Assembly: GCA_051530055.1 (NCBI GenBank)
Contig: CM121342.1
Span: 11,671,480 to 11,735,479, forward strand
Direction of reading: 5' to 3'
Source of the DNA: Neoechinorhynchus agilis
Taxonomy: Eukaryota > Animalia > Acanthocephala
DNA length: 64,000 nt
In this document: in pieces, positions 50,745 to 63,716 of the stretch
How the letters are laid out: every line of letters starts with the position of its first letter
Position numbering within the stretch: position 1 is the first letter of the stretch
Position numbers and translations under genes: made by a program
Notes under the pieces: model-generated
Seen by the model: only the letters and a program-made list of their open reading frames with translations
Told to the model about the DNA's origin: nothing
The model's database searches: none

Positions 50745-51752
50745 TTAGGTCTTCACCCGGTAAACAATTTTTTATACACTCCAATGTCTATTAATAACTG
50801 ACAAACTGGTGATAGACCCGACGAGGTTCTAAACGTTTTTAATAAAAAATTATATACCGGGTGAAGAGCTAAGCATTAATTCTAAGCATATACCCCGACA
50901 CCTCATATATCGACGTTTACGCTAAAGTTATTTTAATAAAATTTAGTTCCTGTGCAGAAATGAAACTAAACAACATTTGTGCTTTTGACTGTGCGAATCC
51001 CCGCGCGAAGTAAAGAATTCGAACAAATAAAACGAGAGAAACTAAAAGAGCCTTGAAGAGGATGGATAAATGATGTAGGTCGTTAGTCAAAATTTAGAAT
51101 TAAGGGTGCATTAATTGAGAGATTTTCGCTTCTAGAAAAAACATATATGGCAATACTATACAAAAAATGTATGGGACCACAAAATTACCCATAAGGTTAT
51201 GTCGGCGGAATAAAAACACATAAATATTCAAAGCTATGGAAGACAAAATTATAATCGTCAAGTATTTGTGCTACTATAATAAACAAACTGAAACGTTTGT
51301 CGATAAAAACAAACATAGACGCAATGAAGCAAAATGAGTACATACCTCTTTCTATCAATGCGACAACAACGATCAACATAAGAAACGGAGTTTGTGACAC
51401 ACAGAAAAACGATAAAACTTTACGAAGGTCGATATGGAATGTATTGAATACGACTCAGCGCAAAAACGATGGAGATCATTCGACTAAAAACTGTTGCCCT
51501 GATTGCTACCATAATTCACCTCGTCGCGGGATTACCTTCACATAGCGATTACAGAAATGCGCCTATTTCGAACAATTTTTCGGTAAAATTTGAGCCGTAC
51601 AAAACTGGAAAACCCGATGAATATAATTCCGACCTTTATTGCAATCAATATATTTTGACATTTTGTCAACCAAATAGCAGTAAATCTCCAACAGCCCAAC
51701 CAACGACTACTGAGGAGGCCACCACTTCAGAAGAAAAAACAACAACAGAAGA
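50745..51752 (+). repeat. Segmental duplication, nearly identical to ~63005-64000 (offset 12,248 bp)
   Basis: The ORF track shows identical ORFs at 51197/63445 and 51297/63545; the sequence match runs to the window end. Confidence 0.95.
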
Positions 51753-52584
51753 GGCTACCACAAGAGAGGAAATAGCAACCACAAGAGAGGAAATAGCAAA
51801 CACAGAGGAAATAGCAAACACAGAGGAAATAGCAAACACAGAGGAGACAACCACGGAGGCAACTACCACAACAGAGGAAACTACAACAACAGAGGAAGCA
51901 TCCACTGAGGAGACCACTACCGAAGAAATTACAACCACAGAGGAGACTACCACCACAGAGGAAACAACCGCAGTAGAAACAACAACAGAAGAGGCTATCA
52001 CAAGAGAGGAAATAGCAAACACAGAGGAAATAGCGAAAACAGAGGAAATAAATACGGAGGCGACTATCACAACAGAGGAAACTACAACAACAGAGGAAAC
52101 ATCCACTGAGGAGACCACTACCGAAGAAATTACAACCACAGAGGAGACTACCACTACAGATGAAACAACCACAGAAGAAACAAAAACCACAGAGGAGACT
52201 ACATCAACAGAGGAAATTGCAAAACCAGACGAAATAGAAAAAACAGAGGCCACCACAACAGAGAAAATAACTACGGAGTTCACTACCACAACAGAGGAAG
52301 CAACTACGGTGGCGACTACCACAACAGAGGAGACTACCGCAGATGAGACTACTACTGGGGAAGACGACGACGATGACGGTAGTGATGAATACGACGATGA
52401 CGATGACGGTAGTGATGAATACGACGATGATGATGACGGTAGTGATGAATACGACGGTGAAGACGACTATGATGACGTAAGCAACGTTCAAAAGAAAACT
52501 ACTGTTATCCACAATACAAGCACCAATGATGAACGGTGCACGGATGAAGATGCGAAACCGAAAGTGGCTTCGTTCGTTCATTAG
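51469..52584 (+). CDS. Secreted mucin-like Thr/Glu-repeat protein with an Asp-rich tail
   Basis: Signal peptide MEIIRLKTVALIATIIHLVAG, a Cys pair, (T)TTEE and TEEIAN repeats, and three DDDDDGSDEY repeats. Confidence 0.8.
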   Translation: MEIIRLKTVALIATIIHLVAGLPSHSDYRNAPISNNFSVKFEPYKTGKPDEYNSDLYCNQYILTFCQPNSSKSPTAQPTTTEEATTSEEKTTTEEATTREEIATTREEIANTEEIANTEEIANTEETTTEATTTTEETTTTEEASTEETTTEEITTTEETTTTEETTAVETTTEEAITREEIANTEEIAKTEEINTEATITTEETTTTEETSTEETTTEEITTTEETTTTDETTTEETKTTEETTSTEEIAKPDEIEKTEATTTEKITTEFTTTTEEATTVATTTTEETTADETTTGEDDDDDGSDEYDDDDDGSDEYDDDDDGSDEYDGEDDYDDVSNVQKKTTVIHNTSTNDERCTDEDAKPKVASFVH

Positions 52585-52829
52585 TCTAAGAACATCCCTA
52601 GCAGGGAGTTAGATTAGCATTAGAAATAGATTTTTCATCTCGGTAATTTACTATCTTCAAGTAAAAACCCAAATAAAAATGACTTAAGAAATAGTTTGAA
52701 TTTCCAAACGCGCACGCTATTTACTCTTCGCCCTTTACCTAAAAAATACTTGATCATTTTTTTGAATAAAGCAACCCTTCTAAAGAGTCTCTAGATTCTA
52801 ACTAGACATTCCAATGCTTAACTCAATTT

Positions 52830-54900
52830 CTAGTACATGAGTATTGAGTTGATTTGTCAATTCTCTTATCACGCAAAACCGCTCTACCATCTTTGGCACC
52901 GACCCTCGATTGCAATTGGCTCTTTGTTAAATCTAATAGAATCTGCGATGAAGGCCTCCTTTACTCGCAAAACAATGCGAATCTCGAACCGCGACCCTCC
53001 ATGGTTCTCGCCTTTTCTAAAAACCCTTCAAATGCAGGTCACCAAAGCTTTCCGGTCAGGTAATCCCGCTTACCCCTCCCTCCACTCCACACTGACAAAA
53101 CGCATCCGTATAGCCCGCAAATTATTCCTCTCATCTCTTCTCTCGTCCGTTCCCAATCGAAACTGGTAGTGTGAAATAAAAAATGTCACTGGTCTTGGTA
53201 GATCCACCAGCTTCGCATCTCTCCCCAAATCTGATTTCCTCTCAATCCTTAGCTCCATGAATAAAAACCTCTGTCCTCCCCAAACCTCCAATCCATTGTT
53301 CCAACCTCCCTTCTCACTTTCGGACCCGCCCATTCATACATGCCCTTCCTTAGTTTCCCCTCTCGAAATCTTAGAGATCCTTAAACGCCTGCCCCACCAT
53401 TCTTCCCGTAATTCGACTATCCCAAATTGGGCCATTCGTTTCATCATCCCGGAACTTATCGATCCTCTAAGGCACATAACGAACCTTAGCTTTCTACTGG
53501 GCTCTTTCCCATCGTGTCTTAAGGATGCCCGTGTCGTCTTCCTACCCAAAAGCGATAAGCCGATTTCCCCCACATCCTTTCGTCCCATTTCTATCCTCTC
53601 ACCTTTCTCTAAAATCTTAGAAAAATGTTTTAAAACATGCCTACTTCCCTTCTTCCTCAAAAACACCTCCCCTTCCCAATTCGCTTTCCGTCTCAATTAC
53701 TATTGTTCTGATGCCCCCCTCTGTATCTACGATACGCTTGTGCGCAGCCTAGATTCCAGTCCAGCATAAACCGTCCGTCTCGTGCAACTGGATATTTCCA
53801 GGGCGTTCGAGTGGGTAGATCACTCCCTTCTCCTCCAATCATGTGCTTCCTTTGGCCTCCCAACCTGGCAACTCGCTTGGATTTCCTCTTTCCTCTTCAA
53901 CCGCAAACAATATATCCAATGTGGAACTTCTTGTCCCTCTTCTCTGCATATATTTAAAGGGTCCCCAAGGCGCCGAACTTTCCCCTCTCTTTGGCATTTT
54001 TCTAAATGACCTCCATCCCCTCACTCCCCCTACAGAATATTTTCTCTATGCAGATGACCTCACAGTCATTACCATCGCATCTCCCTCTCTCTCCCTCTCA
54101 ACAACCATGGACGAGCTCAACCATCTCGTTTCCTAGCTCTCCACCCTAAACCTCTCCCTAAATTTATCCAAATCTTTTGAGCTTGTCCCCCACATTTCCA
54201 AACGCAATCTAATCCCCGCGACTCCCTCTCCCCATCCAACGCTCCTCTCCTCGCCAAATACTGGGCCTGATTTTACAAGAGAACCTTAAATGGAATGCCT
54301 ACATTTCATTTACACTCTCTATAGCAAATCCTCGTCTTTACCTACTCAACCTCCTCCGGCGTCTCGGCGTATCCCCTAAACACCTTGCCCACTTTTATCT
54401 TTCTACCATCCTTCCTATCCTTACATTCGCTTTCCCCACTTTCCTCGCCCTTTCCGCCAATGCTCTCAATTCCCTCGAAACCTTCCACAAGAGAGCAGCG
54501 AGATTATGCGGGACTTCACTCCCTCCCCTCGACGCTCACCTCCACTCCATTTTCTCCAAAAACGCCCTCCGTCTTCTTCAACCCTCTCCACAATTTTCTT
54601 CCCTCATCTCTAAATACTCTTCCCTCGTAAACACCCGTAACCCCAACCTTTTTCATCCCCCCTTGCTCGTACCACCCTCTACCAAAAATCTTTCCTCCCT
54701 CAAGCCCAATCTTTCCTTAATAATCGGAGAACAAGGAAAGATTCCCAATCGGTAATCTCCTGTACAAAACCTCCGATCGCACATTAAAACTCCTTCAAAG
54801 ACATACCCCACCTCCCTTGCCTCAACATCCGACATCCACACACATTCAGCAAAGATAGATGCTGGCAAGTGTGTGGATCGTTCTTTTTTTAATTAATAAA
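52830..54900 (+). mobile_element. Degenerate CR1/L2-like non-LTR retrotransposon RT region
   Basis: RDPPWFS, FPSCLKDARVVFLPK..FRPISILSPFSKILEK, QFAFR, LDISRAFEWVDH, PQGAELSP, YADDL, KYLG; stops and frameshifts; AT-rich 3' tail. Confidence 0.88.
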
Positions 54901-55599
54901 ACGTGTTTATAAACGAAATGAATTAATGTTTTCTTATTTAAAAGATTTTGAGACAAAAAGTTCGCATTTCTCTATATTTCGTCAACGAGAGTTGCTTAAT
55001 CAATCAAAGTCGTATTCATTGTTTTCGATTCTGACGAACTAAGTGTAGAAATCGGAAATAATTTTTATATTTTATTGAGTTTTACACGGAGGAGGCGAAG
55101 TTGTTTGCAAATTTCGAAGTTAGAAAATATCGACTTATTTGTTTTCTGTTCAACTTACAAAGCCAAAAAGCGATGCCGAATGTTACTCAGCATTTACGTA
55201 ATAATTTTATCGGTGGATAATTTTTTAATTAAAATAGTGCTCTCGGTTGTTTAAGTAAATTCTTAATTGATAGATTAATTGCAGCATTGATTTTCGTATA
55301 TGTCTAAATTGAATTATTGTAAAGACTATTTTAGGCCTTATGTTGCGATTCGCTTTTTTTCTTAAAAAAGCAGATTTATAAAACTTATTGTTTTAAAAGA
55401 ATTGAGAAATCCGCTTATTTTTATGGAGCTTCTCACATCTTAGACACCCAAAGAACTTCAAGGTTGTTTCCACAGTCTACTCGATTAAGTATCTCTGTAA
55501 GGCATTCTCCTAAAAGATATAGAGCGTTAAGACAGTTATAATTGAAGCTTAAACAGGCCTGTTGCACACGATATGGCATCGGCGTGGGCTTGTGCAATT

Positions 55600-57500
55600 A
55601 TATATTCTTTTTGATTGCTTTTATTCGTCGTAGTCCTTGAATACCCGAATGAAATTTCAGGTAGTTGCACAACCATTGGCTCTAAACGTCGCAGGTATCC
55701 CCTCGCTACGGCGTATTGAACGCATTTTCTTAAAAGTTCGTTGATGGTACAAACTGGAAAATATTATGAACATGGAACTAACTTTTCGTCCAAACGTAAA
55801 AGCGTTCGGTTCGCGTAATCGACTAATTGTGATTTCGCAGTGAAGAACTGAAGACAATCTTTGACCGAGGTTCCAATTGAGAATCTGGTTAGAAAGAAGA
55901 GAGCTTCACGAAACGTAGGCATATCTTTTGTTCCTATAAAATGTCTAATTTTCTTTTATTCTGCCAACATAAGCGAGAACTAACCACTTCGTGTCGAGAA
56001 AAAGATGAGTTCTCTTTGTCTACCTTTATCACCAATCAATAGACGGATTTTTTGTGTTACAGCGTACATATTTGAATACTGGAATATGGATATCGGTTCT
56101 ACAAGACCGCTGACACTGAAATGGGTCCAAACCCGGATGCTCTATTTGAACACAGAAATCACTTACATCATATCATCGATCACCTTCTTCACTGAATCTT
56201 GTTCCACTTTACATTCAGAAGCGATAGCGGCTATGTGTTTAGTGCTGTCGACCGAAGGAAGCACCTAATATTGAGAATGTAAAATTTTTGCAATTTGCGG
56301 AACACACGTCGGAAAAATTGCAAAAATACTGTTGTGCATATATTTTCTTAAATACATCTTAAGATGGTTGCGAGCCAACGAAATCACCTTTTTTTGGATA
56401 AGAGCAAAATTTTGATGGAACTTTTTTTGGATTGAAATTACCAAATTAACTTTAAATTTATAACCAGTGTATTTCTCAGAGGTTTGCAATCGAATTTAGA
56501 TGTGTGGGTGTTAAGTGGACAGAAATTATCTAGGATTATAATAAAAGTCTTACCTGTCTTGTTGTTAAGTCTCTAGTATCCACAGAGAAATCGATTCCTG
56601 GTCTCTTTATGAGCATTGGGACCGTGAAAGGTTTGATTCCGTTTGCCGCGTACGGGTTCTTTTGTTGAGTATTTTTTTGGTCAGTGGTTAAGAAATTGTG
56701 TTGAAAGTGGTGTTTGGAAGGCAGTCGTAGATGAAGATCACTCGAATTTCCTGTTGCTAACTTATTTCGAGAAACAAGACTTAAATTTACCAAGCTTCAC
56801 CGTGCAGAATCCATCATGATTTAGCTCAAAATGAACCAACCTAAGCGCAGTTTCAAGTCGGTCCGTTTGTGGATCCGATAGAACACTTTCGAAAACCTCA
56901 CATGAATGCAGATACTCCGCGAGTTTTGCAACCGTTCTTTCAATGTGTTCACAAGGACATCGAATCACGAAAATCAGATTGAACAAAAAGTTGTTCCTTT
57001 CATATCGTTTGCTTTCGATGCATCGTGCACAGGCTATCATGCTACTATCGCGGACACGTCTATCGAGAAATTGATTCTTAGTTCTTTGAATCATTAAAAC
57101 TCACACAACGATCGGCCGATGACGCAGATTTCGCGGGGGTACAATCATTGATTGAATATCGCGAATGTTAAAACATTGACTATAATCACCAGTCTAGAAT
57201 AAAGAGTGCACTAGAAAACGTCGTGGCTTTCCAAAATTGTAATAACTCACCTCAAACACGATTATGGGGCCTTTTTCATGGTGAAACTGTGTATAAGAGT
57301 GCAATATTCAAGTGAGTACTCCATTGAACATCGCATTTAAATAATAGATACTATGTTGCACGGATCAGATAGAGAGCAGTTCAGAAATGTCATCTGCAGA
57401 ATTAGAAAATACATTTCGAATAGAATGTCGCTATGGTAATCGCTTTAGCGAGTGGACTTATGGACTTTTGTTTATGAACATTTCAATCATTCGGGTATGA
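55600..57500 (-). CDS. Probable multi-exon gene of unknown function
   Basis: Several open segments (56762..57094, 56536..56793) with gtaag-type donors; no family recognised. Confidence 0.3.
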
Positions 57501-59406
57501 GAACCAAGAATCGCTAATAACGATTACTAGGTACCCGGGAATTAGAATAGTGAAAAAGCAAAACCGGAATTATGAATTGATTCTTTAAGAAATTATATAC
57601 AATTTCTGTGTACAAAGGGACCGAACGTTGATCTTTTATCAAAAAGTTTACAAAAAACTACAAGTTTTACTCTAATTATCTTAAAAAATGCAGGAAAAGA
57701 TTAATTTCAAAACGTTGTTCATAAAAGGTTCAGATTTTTTTAAGTGGACACAAAGACAAATTTTTATTTTCGAGCTTTAGCCGTCTTACGGCTTTTTGAG
57801 GAATCTACAAAGGCGCGCGGAGATATGAAGTGTTAAAGTAGCGATATTGAAGTGTGGAAAGTTCGTCCCGCTTGTTGAGCATTTCTTAGGATTTGTCTAG
57901 CTGATGTCCAGAACGTTCTACCCCATTGTCTTCGAAAACACCTTTCCCCAGGAAAATCACAGCCAAGACGGGAGGAAGGCTGTTTCCCATTGCCAGTCCG
58001 TGGATTTGTCTATAACTGCAGTCGTTATATCAAAAGGAGGGAATCGAATCACATCCGTCGGTAGAATTCCGATCGAGAATGGATACCCGGGTGGTCTAGA
58101 GAAGCGCATCTATATTTAGGTGAATCCTGACGAGAAATAGACATCATGAAACGTCGGAATAATGTCCAGCATCGTTCTTGAAGTGTACACATGGACCAGG
58201 GAAGTCCATGGACAAAAATGGAAGACAAGGGTTGATTTGCGTTCGATGCAACGTAGTCTTAACGATGACCTGCGAACCATGTTTGGCCAATGACAATCGC
58301 GGGGTCATATACATCTGCAAAACTGAATGGCATGTTCGCAACGCCCTTAATCCGGACGCGAAATCATGGCTACCCCATGGACGAAACAACACTCAGAGTG
58401 CCACAACACGGAGAAGTAAAACTCTCGGTGTGAGTTAAGTTTGCAGTCGAGTACTTTAAATCAACTGGACAAAAACCTAAGAAATGCTCAACAAGCGGGA
58501 GGAACTTTCCACGCACACTTCAATGTCGCTACTAAAACACTTACTTCACATCCCCACGCGCCTTTGTAGATTCCTAAAGAAGATGGCGAAAGCCCGGAAG
58601 TAAAGGTTCAATTTATCATTACTCTACCAAGTGTCTATTTCCGAAAACAAAACGTGAGTAATCATGCAGCTAGAAAATCAAATAGTATTTCACAAGGTTT
58701 TTAGAAGACCAAATAATTGCCGATATGCAATACCAATGGTTGCCTAGCGACACTTTTTGAGCCGATCGAAACAATTGAATTGAACCAGCGAGCAATGATT
58801 CTACACTTAATTTCAATTATCTTATTGTTTGCTCAAAAAATACGAATGGATAATGTAACCTTGGCTGAAAATGAATGGATACACGTTCTCGATATTTTGA
58901 AAACGGATGATCAGCATGAGTCAGAGAACGATTGTGCCTATAGACTAGAAGATATAAAACTCCGCGAACCGTTCTCTGTAGCGTATTTGAGCACTTCCGT
59001 TGAATGTAAACGGTGTCCTTGTGTCGTTATGACTGGCTCCAAGATTCGAGAAGTGCGGCATTGTATTGGTTGTGATCGGTGTAATAAGATGTGTATTAAA
59101 AAAGAAGAAACATCAGTCTTGGGAAGGCGTGAACGACTGACGTTTCGGATAATCAGCGTTGTCTTTGTGAACCCAAGTGCATTTGCGTGAAATGTAACGA
59201 ATGTAGGGAATGCCCGGATTGTCTCAGATGCAAAACGGATTGCGCTACTTGTGTGTATCGGTGCAGGGCGTGTTTTGTAAGGTTATGTCCGAGATGTAAA
59301 TGTCGAACAGGGGTAAGTTGTCTATAATTCTTACAATAGCGAGATGGATTCAAGCATTTCGGTCATTGGGCGATGTGTTTGAAACCAAAAACTAAACAAT
59401 GTGTTT

Positions 59407-59554
59407 AGATCATCCCTTACTATGGCTATTTTTCCTTCAGAAACACAGCCAACCGATATTCTGGATCAGTCTCAGCGATTGAATCACTTTCCTGATGAAA
59501 GATATCGGTTGGCTGTATGCATAAAGAAAAAATAAGCCGAGTATGGGATGATCT
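59407..59554. mobile_element. Short foldback MITE (family B')
   Basis: agatcatcccttactatggct..cagccaaccgatat / atatcggttggctg..agccgagtatgggatgatct. Confidence 0.8.
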
Positions 59555-59688
59555 TAAACTTAATTAATATATCCAGCTTGTCAGTAGGCACAAAAATCAA
59601 ATACTATATGATGAGGGACGAGATGAATATACAATCGATTTTTAAGATAAACAGATACTTTTTAAAGAGATTATATTAATTAAGTGCA

Positions 59689-59999
59689 AGATCATCCCTT
59701 ACTCGGCTTACATTTCCTTTAGGCACACAGCCAACCGATATCTTGCATCAATAAAGTGATTTAATCACTGAGCTTGTATATCCTCAGGATCCTCAGATAC
59801 TTCGCGAGAAGGTGGGACTCATCAGTGAGTTTCCTTCAGCGATATTTCGCCCCATTTGGTTATCAGTAATCGGCGGTAATGGATTTTGGATAAAGTCCAA
59901 TCGATCACCTCGACACAACTACGGAATTTACAAGTTCAGATCTAAGGTATCGGTTGGCTGTATGCCTAAAGGAAAAATTAGCCGGGTAAGAGATGACAT
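59689..59999. mobile_element. MITE (family B') with ~55-bp TIRs
   Basis: tcatcccttactcggct..cctttaggcacacagccaaccgata / tatcggttggctgtatgcctaaagg..agccgggtaagagatga. Confidence 0.8.
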
Positions 60000-61269
60000 A
60001 AACACCTAATTAATATAACCGGCTTGCTAGTAGACATAAAAAAACACAAAACAATGTTTTTAGGTTTGTAAAGAAAAAAGATCCTTGAAGAACACTAAAG
60101 AACCCATTATTGATGCTTCTATTTCGAGAATCGTGTTTATCAAGAATGTAGAAAGTATTGAACATGAAAAACGACTGGGTGATGTTATTCAAGAACAATT
60201 GGATGCACCAGAATGTTGCCCGAGGGAATGCAAATTGAGACCAGAGAATGATAGAAAACAGATTATTGACCAAATTGTCGTCTTTAATGTCACAGTTTTT
60301 AGCAAAGAGAAAAAATCACATAGCTTCCTACTAAAAGGGTCGAATCGACATTTTAATCGGGGAGCACAAAGCGAGGAAGAGATCAATGAAGAAAAAGCAA
60401 AGCATTTTGCTAAACTCGCTCTCTTTAAAATCGAAAGACAAATGACATTCCCAATAGTTGACGTAAGCGCAATCGAAATACACAGAATAATGTCTTAAGT
60501 TACTGTGACGTAATTAAATATTGTGATTATTTTTCTAATCGATCGATTATTTTTCCACAAAATCAACTTTATTCAGGGGCGGATTTGTTAGGCTTCAAAA
60601 TAACATAATTCTTTTAATGAGTATCATGTTTACGTACTCGGTATACACTAAAAGATTTTAAATGGAATGATGAAATTTGCAGCGAAAATACTCCGTCGCT
60701 CTTAATCGCTTATTTAGATTGCGTATTTGATCCATGAAATATTCCCATTTAATTTAATAAACCTTAACAGGCATCTACCAATATTCACACCTCCGCTCAG
60801 GATCACTAACCTGCCATCCTGGTGTAAAGGTCGAAAGGACGGATGCAGCGTCCCCCCCCGTTGCACAGCCAGGCTTATTTTTTACTGGAGGAATGCCCCT
60901 GATCTCGGATCGCCTGTGATTCACCTTGACCAGGTCGTGCGCCGCGGTACAAAACGACCCGAGTGTCTCGACACCAAAGAAATAATGATTTCGACCCAAG
61001 TCCCTGTATTTGGTCCTTTGTGATCCTTAACGGCGGTTATTGCCTCCGGGTTTAACAGCGGCGAATTTTATGTTGCTGGTCATCGAGTTGGCAGAGATTG
61101 CTCGGCTCTAGGATGTTGGGCGTATTCACAGTATTCACGGTACGACTAGGAGAATTGCGTTCACTTCGGCGTGTCGTGAGTATTTTCCGCCTGAGGTTTC
61201 TAACAGGTCTTTGAGCGATAGGTCCTTTTTATGGAAAGCCGTTCTCCTGATCTCGTCATGGGGTGTATT

Positions 61270-62050
61270 TATTATGATACACTTCGGTCGCTTCCTGTTC
61301 ATTAGCCATTTTCTCCTTGAAGAACTGGCAGCCATTCGCTGCACCCCACAGGTAAGCTACCCACTCACGGTAGGTTCATCCTTCGAGACCCATATTGAAA
61401 AATTTGTATCGAGCTGCGATTTCATGAATTTCACTTTGAAAAACGTCGTATCTCTTATGTATACTTCGGTCGCTTCCTGTTCATTAGCCATTTTTCTCCT
61501 TGAAGAACCGGCAACCATTAGCTGCACCCCACAGGTCAGCTACCCACTCACGCCATGTTCGTCCTTCGAGACCCATATTGAAAAATTTGTATCGAGCTGC
61601 GATTTCATGAATTCCACTTCGGAAAACGTTTCTCAATACTCCCAAACGTTTGCGGATCGTTGAGAATACACTCGAATCCATCCAGGCGAGTTAGCATGCT
61701 CGTTTAATAGTCGTCACTTACTCCGCAGTATTCAAAATGTTTCTCTAGTTGCATCTCATAGGAAGCCCACTCTTCTTTGGTAGACAGAAAAGCCCTGAAT
61801 CCCGTAATATCCTTGTCGTTCATATTGCCGGATTTGGGCTTGACTTCCCGTATCAACAACTGTATCAACTGTATAATGATTGATCAGAATATCCTCAATT
61901 GTCTTCATTCGGGTTCGGACATCCTCGTCGCCAGATGACATGTTTCTAATATTTCAAAAAACCACACAACGCACAGCGTCCAACACCTAACCCACTACGT
62001 GCAACGTCACATCGTTTTGTGAATGTGGCATGACGTCACATCGTTTGGGG
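61270..62050 (-). mobile_element. Ty3/Gypsy 5' remnant: partial LTR, PBS and gag with an internal ~190-bp duplication
   Basis: PBS-like TGGCGACGAGG on the minus strand at ~61923-61933. Gag-like EIAARYKFF..WREWVADL..AANGCRF occurs twice (61267-61430 and 61458-61620). Confidence 0.7.
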
Positions 62051-62620
62051 TAACGTGTAAAAACTATACACGTCAGCTGGACTGTCCACGGGGAGTTCAC
62101 TTGCCCCAGTTCTAGCCGAATTGCTCATGCGCGATTGCAAGGCCAAGAACGTTTCAAGCCTACCGGGTGTGAAATTCTGACAGATATACGTAGATGACAC
62201 TTTTATCTTAGTCGATGAAACCATAGAACCGGAAAAGTATGCTCACATGCTGAATTCGAAGCACAGCAACATCCAATGGACAGTAGACTCGGAGAATCAT
62301 AATGCGATCTCTTTTTTGGACGTTTCGATAACGCGAAAAAGAGCTGAGTTTGAGACCACTGTGTATACAGGAAAATTGGTATACCGACTGACATTGTCCC
62401 TCATTCATTACAATGACACCAATTAAATATAAAATACCTAGGATTAATTCGCTATTTGACCGGGCTAATAACTATTGCTCAAACAAATACTCACTCAGCG
62501 AGGAACTTGAATTTCTGTGGAGCATACTAAAAGGAAAGGGCTATCAAATCGACTTGATAAGAAGAGCTAGTTGCAGGGTCTTCTGGCGAGCCCACCTCGC
62601 GAAATATCTCAAATAAATCA
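62050..62620 (+). mobile_element. Penelope-like RT fragment
   Basis: GLSTGSSLAPVLAELLM, YVDDTF, LNSKHSNIQWT, ISFLDV, KIPRINSLFDRA..C..EELEFL..GY. Confidence 0.85.
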
Positions 62621-63716
62621 AAATCAAATAGGTTATGACCGGGTGTATGTTCACCAAAAGTTTACATTGATTAACCCGAAGAATTTTCTATCGCTGATAT
62701 TCTTAAAATGTTTTTTTACTATCCAGTTTTTGTTAAAATCTCTTCTGAGTTAAAAATATTCTGCCATTATTTGAATGATGAAGATTGATAAAAGTTATGC
62801 TTTGCAATAGCTTATAAAGCAGCTTTGTGCAGCAGTCGCAAAAGCCGAACTTACCGAAATTGTTGACCTGGCCAGAAAGTATGCTTTATTTATTGCGTTC
62901 GTACTCATAGGATTAATCAAATTGTTTATATATCAGTGCGACCGTGAATACTAAGCCAACAGACAGATGTTGCAACAATTACCGTTATTGAAACGTTTAC
63001 GCTAAATTGTTGTTTAGGTATTCACCCGGTAAATAATTTTTTATACAGACAAACTGGTGATAGACCCGACGAGGTTCTAAACGTTTTTAATAAAAAATTA
63101 TATACCGGGTGAAGAGCTAAGCATTAATTCTAAGCATATACCCCGACACCTCATATATCGACGTTTACGCTAAAGTTATTTTAATAAAATTTAGTTCCTG
63201 TGCAGAAATGAAACTAAACAACATTTGTGCTTTTGACTGTGCGAATCCCCGCGCGAAGTAAAGAATTCGAACAAATAAAACGAGAGAAACTAAAAGAGCC
63301 TTGAAGAGGATGGATAAATGATGTAGGTCGTTAGTCAAAATTTAGAATTAAGGGTGCATTAATTGAGAGATTTTCGCTTCTAGAAAAAACATATATGGCA
63401 ATACTATACAAAAAATGTATGGGACCACAAAATTACCCATAAGGTTATGTCGGCGGAATAAAAACACATAAATATTCAAAGCTATGGAAGACAAAATTAT
63501 AATCGTCAAGTATTTGTGCTACTATAATAAACAAACTGAAACGTTTGTCGATAAAAACAAACATAGACGCAATGAAGCAAAATGAGTACATACCTCTTTC
63601 TATCAATGCGACAACAACGATCAACATAAGAAACGGAGTTTGTGACACACAGAAAAACGATAAAACTTTACGAAGGTCGATATGGAATGTATTGAATACG
63701 ACTCAGCGCAAAAACG

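Noticed and set aside
50815-50845. Hammerhead-like cccgacgag..taaacgtt motif (also at ~63063)
   Set aside because: Core positions are mutated (CCGACGA, TAAA) and there is no credible stem II.
51666-52581. Val/Ser-rich and Ile/Val-rich minus-strand ORFs
   Set aside because: Antisense shadows of the mucin repeats.
58717-60498. Transposase remnants (Cys-rich ORF 58717.. and ORF 60085..)
   Set aside because: CxxC patterns are suggestive, but no DDE or other diagnostic motif could be identified.
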